This document shows, piece after piece, positions 9,443 to 19,277 of a stretch of DNA of 64,000 nucleotides. The notes under the pieces were generated by a model. The model was given only the letters and a program-made list of their open reading frames with translations. It was not told the DNA's origin and did no database searches. Within the stretch, counting starts at the first letter, position 1. Each line of letters begins with the position of its first letter. The position numbers were made by a program, and so were the translations under genes. The DNA comes from a virus. The stretch covers positions 1 to 64,000 of IMG/VR virus record IMGVR_UViG_3300027896_000002; one strand, written 5' to 3'.

Positions 9443-12400
9443 ATGAAGATCCCAAAATTGGAGCGTAAAGTATTCTCTGCAGAGGTCAAGGAATTTGATG
9501 ACGAGCAATTGACAGTGACCCACTTCATCTCAACAGAGAAGAGAGACAGGGGTGGAGACTCCATGAAGGCTGACGGCATGAAGATCAGGGGTAAGGTCGT
9601 TGTGCTTCTGGCCCATGGGTTTTCTAGCATGGGGCAGGAGCCTATCGCCAAGCCTTTGAAGATCTGGCCGGACACATTTAAGGGATCTCCAGGTATATGT
9701 GCAATGACCCAGTTCTACGACGGCAGTCATCTTAACCCGCCCGACAATACGGGTCGAAGGTTCTATGATAAGACTAAGAATGGCTACATGCCCAACTGGT
9801 CTATCGGGTGGATCCCCATTAAGTGGGAAGACATAAAAGGGCCCCACGGTGAATATTATCGAGATGTCATTGAATGGGAGCTTCTTGAATACTCTCCGGT
9901 GGGCGTGCCAATGAACCCTGACTGTCAGACCGTGGATAAATCTGGCAAGTGCAATGTGGACAAGTGTGGCACCTGCCAAAAAGAAGCATGGTTCAGAGTT
10001 CTCCCAGATGATGTTGTGCCAGTTGGTAAAGAGGAATTTAAACATTATACATACCTTGATGGAAAGCCTCTTTGGAAAGAGGATGATCGGGAGGAGCTTG
10101 AGAAGAAGCTTGGAGATCTCTGCCAGTATAAAGACGGCTTGCTCTGTGACATGGAAGGCAAGCCCTATCCGAACGAGCATGCCTGCTGCATCAACGACCC
10201 AAAAAAGTATGACCGTATCAGGAGAAACAATGATAAGTTTGGCAAGGGCATTCACGCTCTCTGGGGGATCAAAAAAGGAAATCCGGTTGAGCTTCAAGCC
10301 ATTCGGTTTTCTAAGAGTAAGTTCACGCCAGCGGAGGCCCGTAAGTGGTGCAAGGACCATGAGTACAAATGCAAGCCCTTTGAGCCTGCCAGTGAAAAGT
10401 GTGCAACGTGTGGCGCAGAGATGGTCTGGAAGTGGTTTATGGAAGATGAGGAAGATGGTGTCTATTCTTGCGAGGCCTGCAAGGGGATCAAGGCAAAAAA
10501 GAACGAGTGCAAGTGTGACAACGAGAAGTGTGGCCACACGGTCGCGTGGGATAGCAATTGCCACGGGATGAAGTGCCTCAAGTGTGGCAAGGGAACGTTG
10601 AGAAGGGTGAAGAAGACGAAGAAAGATCTTGAGGGTAAGATGAGTGTTGAAACAAAGAGTGGACGGATGTTTATCGGCATTCATTCTATCCCGACCTTAA
10701 TTGGCGTTGACATATATTCCGAACCAAAGTTAAGAGAGATACTTGAATTTACAAGAGAATTTCTGAATCGAGGGACTCCAGTGACTTTGATGGCTGACGA
10801 CGATTCAATCTGTGAGCTTGATAAAGATAAAATTCGCTTACTTGAAGAGCCGAAAGGAGCTATTCCATATAAGAAGACCCCTTCTGCCAAAGATGATGAG
10901 CCTTGGAGCTTAAGGGAAGAGATAGGTAAGGCATCGCTGGATGACTTGAGAGAGATGGCAGTATGGGTTGATGAGAAGCGTCCCAAGGCTAAAGGCTCAT
11001 ACAAGGGAATTCACCACAAGGCTGGTGGAGATTATCCTGTCGTTAAGAAAGCTGTCAGGGCATTGGCGGCCAACCTTTTAAATTCCAGGGGAGGAATTCA
11101 CATCCCAACCGTTGACTTGAAAAAAGCACGAGAGCACTGTGCTTCCCACTACGAAGATCTGGGAATGGGTGAAGTGCCATGGAAGAGCAAGAAGGGAATA
11201 GAGTTTGTTGAGTGGGTAGCTATCAGTTTTGATCTTAGCGGAATTTCTTTTAGGTCGTTTACTGAAGAAGATAATAAAAAGATCTTTGAGAAAGCTAAAA
11301 CTCTTATTCCAGACCTTGTTGAATTCTTCAGCCTAGAGTATAAGCAAGACGATTGGGGGTACGGGGATGGTGGAGATGGTGACGGTACTGGAGATAGTGC
11401 CGAGCCGAACCTTACCGAAAGCGAGACGGTGGTCATCGAGATGATAGATGGCCAGGAGATCCGAGACCGCATGGATAACTTGGGCATTGAGTACACGATG
11501 GGCGGCCATCACTACGTTTATCCTGACTTGGTTCCAGAGGAAAATAAGATCATCGTCGATGGAAGGATGAGCGATGAGGATATCGTTGCCACAAAAGTTC
11601 ACGAGTTCACTGAACGTGAGCTTATGAAGTATTACGACTTTCCCTATAATAACGCCCACGAGATTGCTAACATAGCAGAGGAAGGAGTTCGCCATATCCT
11701 GAAAGACTGTGAAGATGGTGGGCACGGCGGGGTGCTGGGGGATGGCCGTAATCACGATCCTGAACACAGAGGCAACCATCATCACGACCATGGGAGGACG
11801 GTAGACCACACGTGGGAGCAGGATGCACTCAACGTTGTTAAGGAACTTTATCAGGCTTGGGATGAAATGAAAAAGCTTGGGCAGCATGATGACGAATGCA
11901 CCTTTGATTCAATATGTCCAGCATGTAAAACTCCCATAGGGAAATGTGATAAGCACGTTGAAGCGATGGCGACTCGAATTGTAAAAATGGACAAGGCCAT
12001 TGCTGATTGTGAAGAGAAAATCGGACAGGGCATCAGCTCAGCTTCAACAGACGTAAGGGATGAGGAGTTGGATTCCTTTATCGATTTTATAAAGACCATG
12101 AAGGAGAAGTTTAATTCAATAGAGTTGATGGTTGCCGCTTTGACAAATAAGCAGAACGACATGTGCGAGCACTACATCGAAAAATGTTCTGTCTGTGATA
12201 AGGTGATCTCATCTTGTCGATGTTCATCGAAGGATAAAGTGATCAAGCTTTCTGTTTGTAAGGAGTGCAGAGAGAAGAATAAAACTTCGGAGCCACAAAA
12301 GATAGTTGCGGTCAATGGCGGGGATGAGGAGAAGAGGATGCTTGCTGAGATCTCAAAGCAGCTGTCAAGGGAGTTCAGTGACCTGATAACCCAGTATGAA

Positions 12401-12460
12401 GAAAATACACGGAAGCTTATCAGGGCTGAAATCAATAAAGCTAAAGGGAGGGTAGAATAG
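9443..12460 (+). CDS. Prohead maturation protease (HK97-type) with long multi-domain/scaffold extension
   Basis: ISTEKRDRGGD, VVLLAH, WSIGW, WELLEYSPVGVPMNP; located between portal and capsid; Cys-rich and accessory domains downstream. Confidence 0.88.
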   Translation: MKIPKLERKVFSAEVKEFDDEQLTVTHFISTEKRDRGGDSMKADGMKIRGKVVVLLAHGFSSMGQEPIAKPLKIWPDTFKGSPGICAMTQFYDGSHLNPPDNTGRRFYDKTKNGYMPNWSIGWIPIKWEDIKGPHGEYYRDVIEWELLEYSPVGVPMNPDCQTVDKSGKCNVDKCGTCQKEAWFRVLPDDVVPVGKEEFKHYTYLDGKPLWKEDDREELEKKLGDLCQYKDGLLCDMEGKPYPNEHACCINDPKKYDRIRRNNDKFGKGIHALWGIKKGNPVELQAIRFSKSKFTPAEARKWCKDHEYKCKPFEPASEKCATCGAEMVWKWFMEDEEDGVYSCEACKGIKAKKNECKCDNEKCGHTVAWDSNCHGMKCLKCGKGTLRRVKKTKKDLEGKMSVETKSGRMFIGIHSIPTLIGVDIYSEPKLREILEFTREFLNRGTPVTLMADDDSICELDKDKIRLLEEPKGAIPYKKTPSAKDDEPWSLREEIGKASLDDLREMAVWVDEKRPKAKGSYKGIHHKAGGDYPVVKKAVRALAANLLNSRGGIHIPTVDLKKAREHCASHYEDLGMGEVPWKSKKGIEFVEWVAISFDLSGISFRSFTEEDNKKIFEKAKTLIPDLVEFFSLEYKQDDWGYGDGGDGDGTGDSAEPNLTESETVVIEMIDGQEIRDRMDNLGIEYTMGGHHYVYPDLVPEENKIIVDGRMSDEDIVATKVHEFTERELMKYYDFPYNNAHEIANIAEEGVRHILKDCEDGGHGGVLGDGRNHDPEHRGNHHHDHGRTVDHTWEQDALNVVKELYQAWDEMKKLGQHDDECTFDSICPACKTPIGKCDKHVEAMATRIVKMDKAIADCEEKIGQGISSASTDVRDEELDSFIDFIKTMKEKFNSIELMVAALTNKQNDMCEHYIEKCSVCDKVISSCRCSSKDKVIKLSVCKECREKNKTSEPQKIVAVNGGDEEKRMLAEISKQLSREFSDLITQYEENTRKLIRAEINKAKGRVE

Positions 12461-12468
12461 AGATCCTA

Positions 12469-12590
12469 ACCCGAATAGACGGGATCATCCCAATAGGGAT
12501 TAACAGGTCGGGTGAAAATAAGATTTAACAAGGATTCCACCCTGAATAGACGGAATCACCCAGGACTTAAAGGGGTTAGCAGGACAGGGG
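12469..12590 (+). ncRNA. tandem structured element (2 copies) in capsid gene leader
   Basis: Two copies of stem-AATAGACGGRATC-hairpin-TARCAGG-stem with compensatory changes (12469-12513, 12539-12590). Confidence 0.55.
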
Positions 12591-12630
12591 AAAAAAGAAA
12601 ATAAAAAACTAAAAAAGGAGGAAACACACT

Positions 12631-13953
12631 ATGGACCCGATAGAAGTTGAAGTTAAAAAGAAAGAGGACGGCTCGTTGTATTTTGACGTGGCTAAGATCA
12701 TGGAGCACATGCAGAATGGCACCTTAGGCGTTATTAGGCAGGAGATGAAGAGTCTTTTGCAGGCCGAGGTGAAGACCATTTTTGACAACAGCGATGGGCG
12801 TTTTGTCGGTAAAGAAGATAAGTCCATCATCGACACAAGCTATTTCAGCAAAGGCTACGCGGCTGGCAGACGGGGTGAAATGGACGGAAGCCAGTTGGCT
12901 TTTACCCTGGCTGCTTGTGGTGGGCCGTGGCTAAAGCTCTCACCGGCTATGGAAAAGTTTGCAAACTTAGTTCGGCTGAGATTCGATCCCAATCAGATTG
13001 TCGCTAAGGGAATTAGCATGCAGGACTATAACAAGGAGATGTATGATTGGAACAAGAAGGCCGCACTTTCTGGAGCTTTGACAGAGGCTGATGTGGGCGC
13101 GATTGTTCCAATTGAGTTCCTTGCAACCGTCATTGAGTTTGCGATTGAGCAGAGCAAGATATTGCCCAAGCTCTGGAGAATTCCACTGGGTGCCTATCAG
13201 ACAAGAATCCCGCAGCTTGCCCAGTCTGCAGGCAGCTATTTTGGTGGGATTTTGCTCTATCACCCAGAGGAAGCTTACGAGAAGACAGGTACAAAACCAA
13301 CTTTCGTTTACAAGACCCTGACACCTAAGAAGTTGATCGGTTTGATTCCGATCTCTGACGAATTGGTTATGGACAGCTCAATCAACATCATCAATTACCT
13401 AACGGGCCTTTTCACCAGGGCCTTTCAGTATGCGTCAGAGGGTGAGGTGATTGCAGGTGCTGGGCTGTTGGGCCAGATGCTGGGCATCACCAGTGACCCT
13501 TTTATCAACGTAGTGCCCAGACAGACAGCAGGGACAGTCAAGAGAGATGATGTGATTAACCTTGAGTCTATCCTTGATGAGAACTTTCAGGACCTTAATT
13601 ACCTGACAAGGAGAACAACCCTTAATATTCTTCGCAAGGAGAAAAATGTTGTTGGCACTCCATTTTACTATGACACGATGGAGTCTGGGCTTGAGAGAGG
13701 GGTTGGCCCCCAGCTTAATGGGTATCCAGTGCTTAAAACTCGGAACGTGCCAGCCACAGGAAAGAAAGGTGACATCATCTGTGGTGAGCTTGGGTATTAT
13801 CTCTGGGGCATTCGTCAGGACATGACCATTGATATGTCAGCCGAGCGATATTTTGAGTACGATGTGAAGGCCATCCGCTTTGTGGTTCGTCAGGACGGAC
13901 TGCCAGGCGTTTCGATTGCCTTTGCAGTGCTTGACAGTACCCCAGAATCATAA
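12631..13953 (+). CDS. Major capsid protein (HK97 fold)
   Basis: GAIVPIEF, TLTPKKLIGLIPISDEL..DS, LNGYPV, GDIICGEL..Y, F..D..AIRFVVRQDG; strong SD. Confidence 0.95.
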   Translation: MDPIEVEVKKKEDGSLYFDVAKIMEHMQNGTLGVIRQEMKSLLQAEVKTIFDNSDGRFVGKEDKSIIDTSYFSKGYAAGRRGEMDGSQLAFTLAACGGPWLKLSPAMEKFANLVRLRFDPNQIVAKGISMQDYNKEMYDWNKKAALSGALTEADVGAIVPIEFLATVIEFAIEQSKILPKLWRIPLGAYQTRIPQLAQSAGSYFGGILLYHPEEAYEKTGTKPTFVYKTLTPKKLIGLIPISDELVMDSSINIINYLTGLFTRAFQYASEGEVIAGAGLLGQMLGITSDPFINVVPRQTAGTVKRDDVINLESILDENFQDLNYLTRRTTLNILRKEKNVVGTPFYYDTMESGLERGVGPQLNGYPVLKTRNVPATGKKGDIICGELGYYLWGIRQDMTIDMSAERYFEYDVKAIRFVVRQDGLPGVSIAFAVLDSTPES

Positions 13954-13964
13954 GAGCATTCATC

Positions 13965-14028
13965 ATCCAGCCTCCTTTCTGGATTGAACCGTGGCCCAGG
14001 GTAGTAGGGTAAACTGAAGACTGGGCCA
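13965..14028 (+). promoter_or_regulatory. two hairpins after capsid gene (anti-SD loop; AGUA/GAA loop-E-like stem)
   Basis: ATCCAG-CCTCCTTT-CTGGAT and TGGCCCAG...AGTA...GAA...CTGGGCCA. Confidence 0.45.
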
Positions 14029-14045
14029 ATTTAAAAAGGAGAATT

Positions 14046-15176
14046 ATGAACAAGGAGATTCCGGAAGTTTTAAAAGACGCCATTTTTACGGATGATAAAA
14101 GCATGGTTGAAGTTGAATATACTTTATCTGGGTATGGAGGCGCCAAGACCTGGATTAGTGTGGAGCGGGCACTGCTTGGTGAAGCTCATGGAAGATGGAA
14201 GATAGTTAGAAGACTTCAGCGGTATGATAACAAGATGATGACAGCGGAGATTCCTCCTGATTCTTTAACCAGGGGCAATTTATTCTCTAATGGAACGTAT
14301 GAAACCAAGGGGGTAAAAAAAAAGAAAGTAGCTTGGGTTCAGGACCTGGTGATAAGGGGCGGGGCGGAGATCAGCAATGAGCTTGTCATTAGGACTGGGA
14401 TTGAGTGTGGGTTTAACATCAAGCGAGTCTTTCAAACGGTGTCTTGTTCCATTATAGAGGACCTGTTGGGTCAGTGTGATCTTATTGTTCTTAATAACAT
14501 CTGGGCCTTCTCAGATGAGCAAATGAGGGTTATTAAGATGTTTATCCAGAAGAAGCCTTATGTTAAATATGAGCATGATCATAGAGAGCTTGGCAGATTA
14601 GAATTTTCAAAAGGCCTTTTCTCAAATTCTAAGCTTAACGTCTTTTTGTCCCCTGCCCATCTTAATAACTATCAAGAGAAGCTTGGGATAGACGGAATCT
14701 GTCTGCCTCTTGCCATTGATGTTGATCTTTTTAAACCTGTACAGGGGGTTGAGAGGAAATCTAACACGGCGCTGATATGTAACGTCAGGCATCTTAGGAC
14801 ATGGTTAAATCTTCAGAAATATGTGGACGAGCATCCTGAGATTTTATTTACGGTAATGTTAAACGGTGAGACTAAGGTGGTGGGAGATAATGTTACCACC
14901 AGGCCGATGATTCCATATGAAGAGATGCCTAAACTTTATTCTGGGTTTGAGTACCTTGTCCATATCATGGATGGGTGGGGAGCTGGAGAGAGAGTCTTCT
15001 TTGAAGGCATGCTTTGTGGATGTAATGTGATTTCAAACAAAAGGGTAGGACATACTTCCTGGAATGAGCAGGAATCTATGGGTTGGGTCGTTGATTTTAA
15101 AGACGTCAATGGCTTGAGAGAATGGCTCAAGAAAGCGCCATATCAGTTTTGGAAAGCAATTGACCAAAGAATATAA
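14046..15176 (+). CDS. Glycosyltransferase (GT-B/GT4-like) with N-terminal extension
   Basis: GGAEISN, YVKYEHD, FLSPAH, IDVDLFKP, GAGERVFFEGMLCGC. Confidence 0.85.
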   Translation: MNKEIPEVLKDAIFTDDKSMVEVEYTLSGYGGAKTWISVERALLGEAHGRWKIVRRLQRYDNKMMTAEIPPDSLTRGNLFSNGTYETKGVKKKKVAWVQDLVIRGGAEISNELVIRTGIECGFNIKRVFQTVSCSIIEDLLGQCDLIVLNNIWAFSDEQMRVIKMFIQKKPYVKYEHDHRELGRLEFSKGLFSNSKLNVFLSPAHLNNYQEKLGIDGICLPLAIDVDLFKPVQGVERKSNTALICNVRHLRTWLNLQKYVDEHPEILFTVMLNGETKVVGDNVTTRPMIPYEEMPKLYSGFEYLVHIMDGWGAGERVFFEGMLCGCNVISNKRVGHTSWNEQESMGWVVDFKDVNGLREWLKKAPYQFWKAIDQRI

Positions 15177-15187
15177 TAGGGATTTAC

Positions 15188-15949
15188 GTGAAAATATTTT
15201 GGGCATTTTGCATTTATAATGAAAGAGAAATGCTTCCTTTCAAGATAGATTTCATGAGAAAGAATGCCATCAATTTTTATGTCTTTGATAATGTAAGCGT
15301 AGATGGGTCGTGGGAATGGCTTCAAGAGAACAAAATTCCGTCTGGTAGGTTCAACTCTGATGGAATGTTCAACCTGACATTAAACCTTAGTTTGTTGACC
15401 AAGAAGATTCACGAGGTGAAGCCTGATTGGGTTATTATGGCTGGGACAGATACCTTCTATGTCCATGGTAAGAGGACGCTTAGGGAGACGATAGAATCTG
15501 TGGACAAGCAGGGATTTAATTGTATCTATGATGTTTTTAAATCGTTTCAGTTTATGTTTACTGGGGAAGAAAAACCTGGGGAAGATCCTAGGTTGACTTA
15601 TATGTATTATGTTTTAAAATCTTTTAATAATGTTTGCTGCATTGCCAAGTATTGTTCGCAGCTGAAGTTTAGGTCTGCTGATTGTCTTGTTGTCCCAAAG
15701 GCAAAGTTATATCAAGACGGGGATTTTGTGGCATTGCATTATAGCATGAGGCATGACGCAGAGAACAGGAAGACGGAACAATACATCAGGAGAAAAAAAG
15801 CTTGGGATTCGGGGCGTACCGCACGGTGCTATGGCACTCACTACGAGAGGATCGTGAACAGCGGCCGTTTTATTTTTGATAAAAAAGATCTCCTAGATGT
15901 AAGAGATTCTTTTCTTTGGGGGGCTATAAGGAAGTCTGTAGAAGCGTGA
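15188..15949 (+). CDS. Glycosyltransferase (GT-A/GT2-like)
   Basis: CIYNEREML, YVFDNVSVDGSWEWL, PDWVI...D. Confidence 0.8.
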   Translation: MKIFWAFCIYNEREMLPFKIDFMRKNAINFYVFDNVSVDGSWEWLQENKIPSGRFNSDGMFNLTLNLSLLTKKIHEVKPDWVIMAGTDTFYVHGKRTLRETIESVDKQGFNCIYDVFKSFQFMFTGEEKPGEDPRLTYMYYVLKSFNNVCCIAKYCSQLKFRSADCLVVPKAKLYQDGDFVALHYSMRHDAENRKTEQYIRRKKAWDSGRTARCYGTHYERIVNSGRFIFDKKDLLDVRDSFLWGAIRKSVEA

Positions 15950-16905
15950 TGAATGTTGTGATGCTTTCTAAACATGATTATGCTGGGAGCGGGTGGCAGA
16001 TAGTCCAGGCTGTTCGTCGTCACACGAGGCATAATATTGTGCACGTCAAAACGACCTCCCATAAGCACGGTTATAAGACAGACTATATTCTAGATGGAAA
16101 AAATCGGGCAGTTGTTCAAGGGCTTGTGGACAAGGCTGATGTTGTTCACTTCAAGGGAGATGATCTTCCATCGAGAGATTGGTATGGAGTTAAGATCCCA
16201 GAGAAAGTGAAAATTATTCTTACCGTTGGGGGATCGTTTTTTAGAAGAAATGGAAGGAGGACAGGGCTTAGGCCAATTGAAGAGTATGTTAAAAGATCGG
16301 ATTTTAGGACTGCCTTGTCTCCTGATTTGAATTATGATGAATTTAAGTCAGTGTATACTCCATACTTGATCGATAGCGAAAAAGCGGAGTATTCTTGGAA
16401 AGAGGATAGGGATGGAAAGTTTGTTATTGGCTGCTATCCTGGAGTGAGAAAAGAAAAGGGTTTTGAATCAGTTGTCGAGCCTGCTTGGCGTCAGCTTGAA
16501 AAGGAAGGATATAAATTTGAGAAGGTGTTAACGATTGGAATGACATACGAACAAAGCGTTGGGGCCAAGAAGGGGATGTCAATATTTATAGATCAGATTT
16601 CCTTGGCCGGCTGCTATGGGAATTCTGCTCTTGAGGCCATGCAGTTTGGCATTCCTGTAGTTGCTTATATAGGAGATGTGGCTTTAAAGCATGCCATGGA
16701 AGAATTTAAAAAATCTCCGATTATGAATCCTGGAAAAACAAAGGAGGGGCTTTATCTTTTACTCAAGAGGATACTGTCAAGAAAAATTGACTTGTCAGAT
16801 ATATCTAAAAAGACGAAATGTTACTGCGATGGTTTTCACTCCTATACCGTAGGGGCAAGGATATGGAATGAGATTTATGAAAAAGTTGCAAGCAAAAATG
16901 TTTAA
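15949..16905 (+). CDS. Glycosyltransferase (GT-B/GT4-like)
   Basis: DYAGSG, ADVVHF, KGF, IFIDQ...YGNSALEAMQFGIPVVA. Confidence 0.85.
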   Translation: MNVVMLSKHDYAGSGWQIVQAVRRHTRHNIVHVKTTSHKHGYKTDYILDGKNRAVVQGLVDKADVVHFKGDDLPSRDWYGVKIPEKVKIILTVGGSFFRRNGRRTGLRPIEEYVKRSDFRTALSPDLNYDEFKSVYTPYLIDSEKAEYSWKEDRDGKFVIGCYPGVRKEKGFESVVEPAWRQLEKEGYKFEKVLTIGMTYEQSVGAKKGMSIFIDQISLAGCYGNSALEAMQFGIPVVAYIGDVALKHAMEEFKKSPIMNPGKTKEGLYLLLKRILSRKIDLSDISKKTKCYCDGFHSYTVGARIWNEIYEKVASKNV

Positions 16906-17506
16906 AAACGTTTTAGTTGTGTCTCCTCACACGGATGATGGTGAACTTGGGGCAGGGGGGTCATTGGCTAAATTCTCAAGAGAAGGAAGCCAAATTACTC
17001 ATCTGGTGTTTTTTGATGGGGAAAAGCAGTCAGAGGAAATTTTAAAAGAGTTTGAAAAGTCAAACGGTATTTTTGCCCCATCTTCAAACAGGATAGTGGA
17101 GAGGCTTAAGATAAGAAGTTATGAAAAGGACCGTCAAAGAATATTGGATTTAATGATTGAAATTGAAAGAAGTTTTAAACCAGACCTTGTCTTTCTTCCC
17201 TCGTCGAGAGACTTTCATCAAGATCACATGACGGTTTCAAGGGAAGGGCTTAGGGCATTTAAATTTTCTACTATCTTCGGTTATGAGGAACCTTGGAATA
17301 ACCTCGTGTTTGAGACGTCTTGCTTTATTGAGATATCAAAAGGAGATCTTTCAAAGAAATTGCGGGCGTTAAATTGTTATAAGTCTCAAAAGGCGCACTA
17401 TTATTTTTCAGATGAGATTATTCGATCACTGGCTTTAGTCAGGGGAATGCAGATCAGGGCTCAGTACGCGGAGGCATTTGAGATCATTAGGATGATTGTT
17501 CATTGA
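16898..17506 (+). CDS. PIG-L/LmbE family N-acetylsugar deacetylase
   Basis: VVSPHTDDGELGAGG, DFHQDH, KKLRALNCYKSQ, AEAF. Confidence 0.92.
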   Translation: MFKNVLVVSPHTDDGELGAGGSLAKFSREGSQITHLVFFDGEKQSEEILKEFEKSNGIFAPSSNRIVERLKIRSYEKDRQRILDLMIEIERSFKPDLVFLPSSRDFHQDHMTVSREGLRAFKFSTIFGYEEPWNNLVFETSCFIEISKGDLSKKLRALNCYKSQKAHYYFSDEIIRSLALVRGMQIRAQYAEAFEIIRMIVH

Positions 17507-18078
17507 GGAGTAATGGTTTGAAAATGATAGAAAGATTCAAGTTTTGTCTGGAGATGAGAGAGAAATGTCCTGAGACTCTTGGGATTCATCCCTCAATAAT
17601 TATCCCAGAATGGGTTTTAATTGGGAAAAATGTTTCAATTCATGAGAGAGTTATCTTGGGAAGTCAGGGTTTTGGATTTGCGAGAGATGAGGATGGCCAT
17701 TGGTTTCATATCCCTCACGTTGGAAAGGTGATAATTGAGGATGACGTAGAGATATTTGAAGGGACAAATGTTTGCCGTGGTACGCTGGGAGATACTAAAA
17801 TTGGCAGGGGGACGAAGATTGATGCCTTATGCCACATTGGGCATAATGCCGTGATAGGAGAAAATTGTATCATAACCGCTCATTGCATGATCGCAGGGTG
17901 CGTGATAGGAAATGACGTGTGGGTTGGCCCAAATTCAACGACTAAGCCCAAGATCCAGATAGCTGACAATGTGCTCATAGGCCAAGGTTCTAATGTCGTT
18001 GAGAGTATCCTAAAGCCTGGGGAAGTTTGGGCAGGAAATCCAGCTCGTTTTTTAAGAATGAGAAAACCGTTTGAGTAG
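17503..18078 (+). CDS. LpxD-like hexapeptide-repeat acyltransferase
   Basis: ILGSQGFGF, HIPHVGKVIIEDDVEI, TKIGRGTKID..CHIGHN, WAGNPAR. Confidence 0.88.
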   Translation: MRSNGLKMIERFKFCLEMREKCPETLGIHPSIIIPEWVLIGKNVSIHERVILGSQGFGFARDEDGHWFHIPHVGKVIIEDDVEIFEGTNVCRGTLGDTKIGRGTKIDALCHIGHNAVIGENCIITAHCMIAGCVIGNDVWVGPNSTTKPKIQIADNVLIGQGSNVVESILKPGEVWAGNPARFLRMRKPFE

Positions 18079-18089
18079 AAAGGTAAAAA

Positions 18090-18344
18090 ATGTCATTGCA
18101 TCCGGTGACTGATGAGGAGAGAAGAGCCAATAACCCAAAGATGTATGTGAGCAACAAGTGGACGATTTGTGAGTTGCTGCGAAAGATTTATATTTTGGCT
18201 GAAGCCAGGAATGATACAAGAACAATGCACCTTTCTCACGACGCTCTTTGCTATGCTAAAAGAATGAATCTTAAGCTAGGCCAAAAAGATCCGAAGTATG
18301 GAGAAGAGTGGTATTATGGTAAACGAGAAAGAAAAAATTATTAA
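18090..18344 (+). CDS. hypothetical protein
   Basis: ORF with SD AAAGGT within the cluster. Confidence 0.6.
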   Translation: MSLHPVTDEERRANNPKMYVSNKWTICELLRKIYILAEARNDTRTMHLSHDALCYAKRMNLKLGQKDPKYGEEWYYGKRERKNY

Positions 18345-19263
18345 GAGGGCTTTGGTTACGGGCGGGGCAGGTTTTATAGGCTCTCACTTATGTGAGCGGT
18401 TGACGGGCATGGGGATTGAAGTAATTTCTCTTGATGATTATTCTGCTGGTCACATTGAAAATTTACGGAAAGTTCATTGCAAAAAAGTATATGGAGATGT
18501 GCTCAATGAATATTTGGTAATGGACTTGATGAAAGATGTGGATGTGGTATTTCACAACGCAGCAAGTAAAAAAACCATCTGCATCGCAGATCCTAAACAT
18601 GATCTTGACGTAAATGCCAAGGGAACTTTGACACTGCTTACGGCAGCTTTGAAACAGGGGGTAAAAAAATTTATTCATGCATCAACTGGTTCTGTTTATG
18701 GACAGCCCTCCTGTTTTCCACAGGACGAAGATCACCCCTTGAGGCCGATCTCTTATTACGGCGTGAGTAAGTTGGCTGGGGAACGTTACGTTGAAATGTT
18801 TTACAAATTGTTTGGTTTAGACACGACAATTTTGAGATATTTTCACGTGTATGGGCCTCGACAGGCTAATGGAAAATATGGCGGAGTGGTGGCAATTTTT
18901 ATTACAGGCATGTTGATGGATTTGCCAATATTTATTCACGGGGATGGTAGTCAAGAGAGATCTTTTACCTATGTGAAAGATATAGTAGACATAAATCTGG
19001 AAGCAATGAAATCTCCTTTTTCAAGTGGGCAGGTTTATAATTGTGCCTCTGGGCTGCACGTAAGCGTGCTTGATTTGCATCGGGAACTTGCAAGGCAATT
19101 AGATTGTAATGGAAAATCTCCAGTTTATACAGAGAGTGATCTGGGAGAAGTTTTTAAGTTTGACGTTTCAAATGAAAAAGTCAAGAAGGATTTGAAGATA
19201 AATTTTACGTCGCTCGATGAAGGATTGCGGGAGACAATATCTTGGTTCAAGGTCAGTGCCTAG
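18316..19263 (+). CDS. NAD-dependent nucleotide-sugar epimerase/dehydratase (extended SDR)
   Basis: LVTGGAGFIGSHL, ASTGSVYG, YGVSK (YxxxK), LRYFHVYGPRQ, GDGSQERSFTYV. Confidence 0.95.
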   Translation: MVNEKEKIIKRALVTGGAGFIGSHLCERLTGMGIEVISLDDYSAGHIENLRKVHCKKVYGDVLNEYLVMDLMKDVDVVFHNAASKKTICIADPKHDLDVNAKGTLTLLTAALKQGVKKFIHASTGSVYGQPSCFPQDEDHPLRPISYYGVSKLAGERYVEMFYKLFGLDTTILRYFHVYGPRQANGKYGGVVAIFITGMLMDLPIFIHGDGSQERSFTYVKDIVDINLEAMKSPFSSGQVYNCASGLHVSVLDLHRELARQLDCNGKSPVYTESDLGEVFKFDVSNEKVKKDLKINFTSLDEGLRETISWFKVSA

Positions 19264-19277
19264 TAGAGGTGATTGTC

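Noticed and set aside
9530-10684. 384-aa antisense ORF
   Set aside because: It lies wholly opposite the prohead protease and has no recognisable motifs; likely a shadow ORF.
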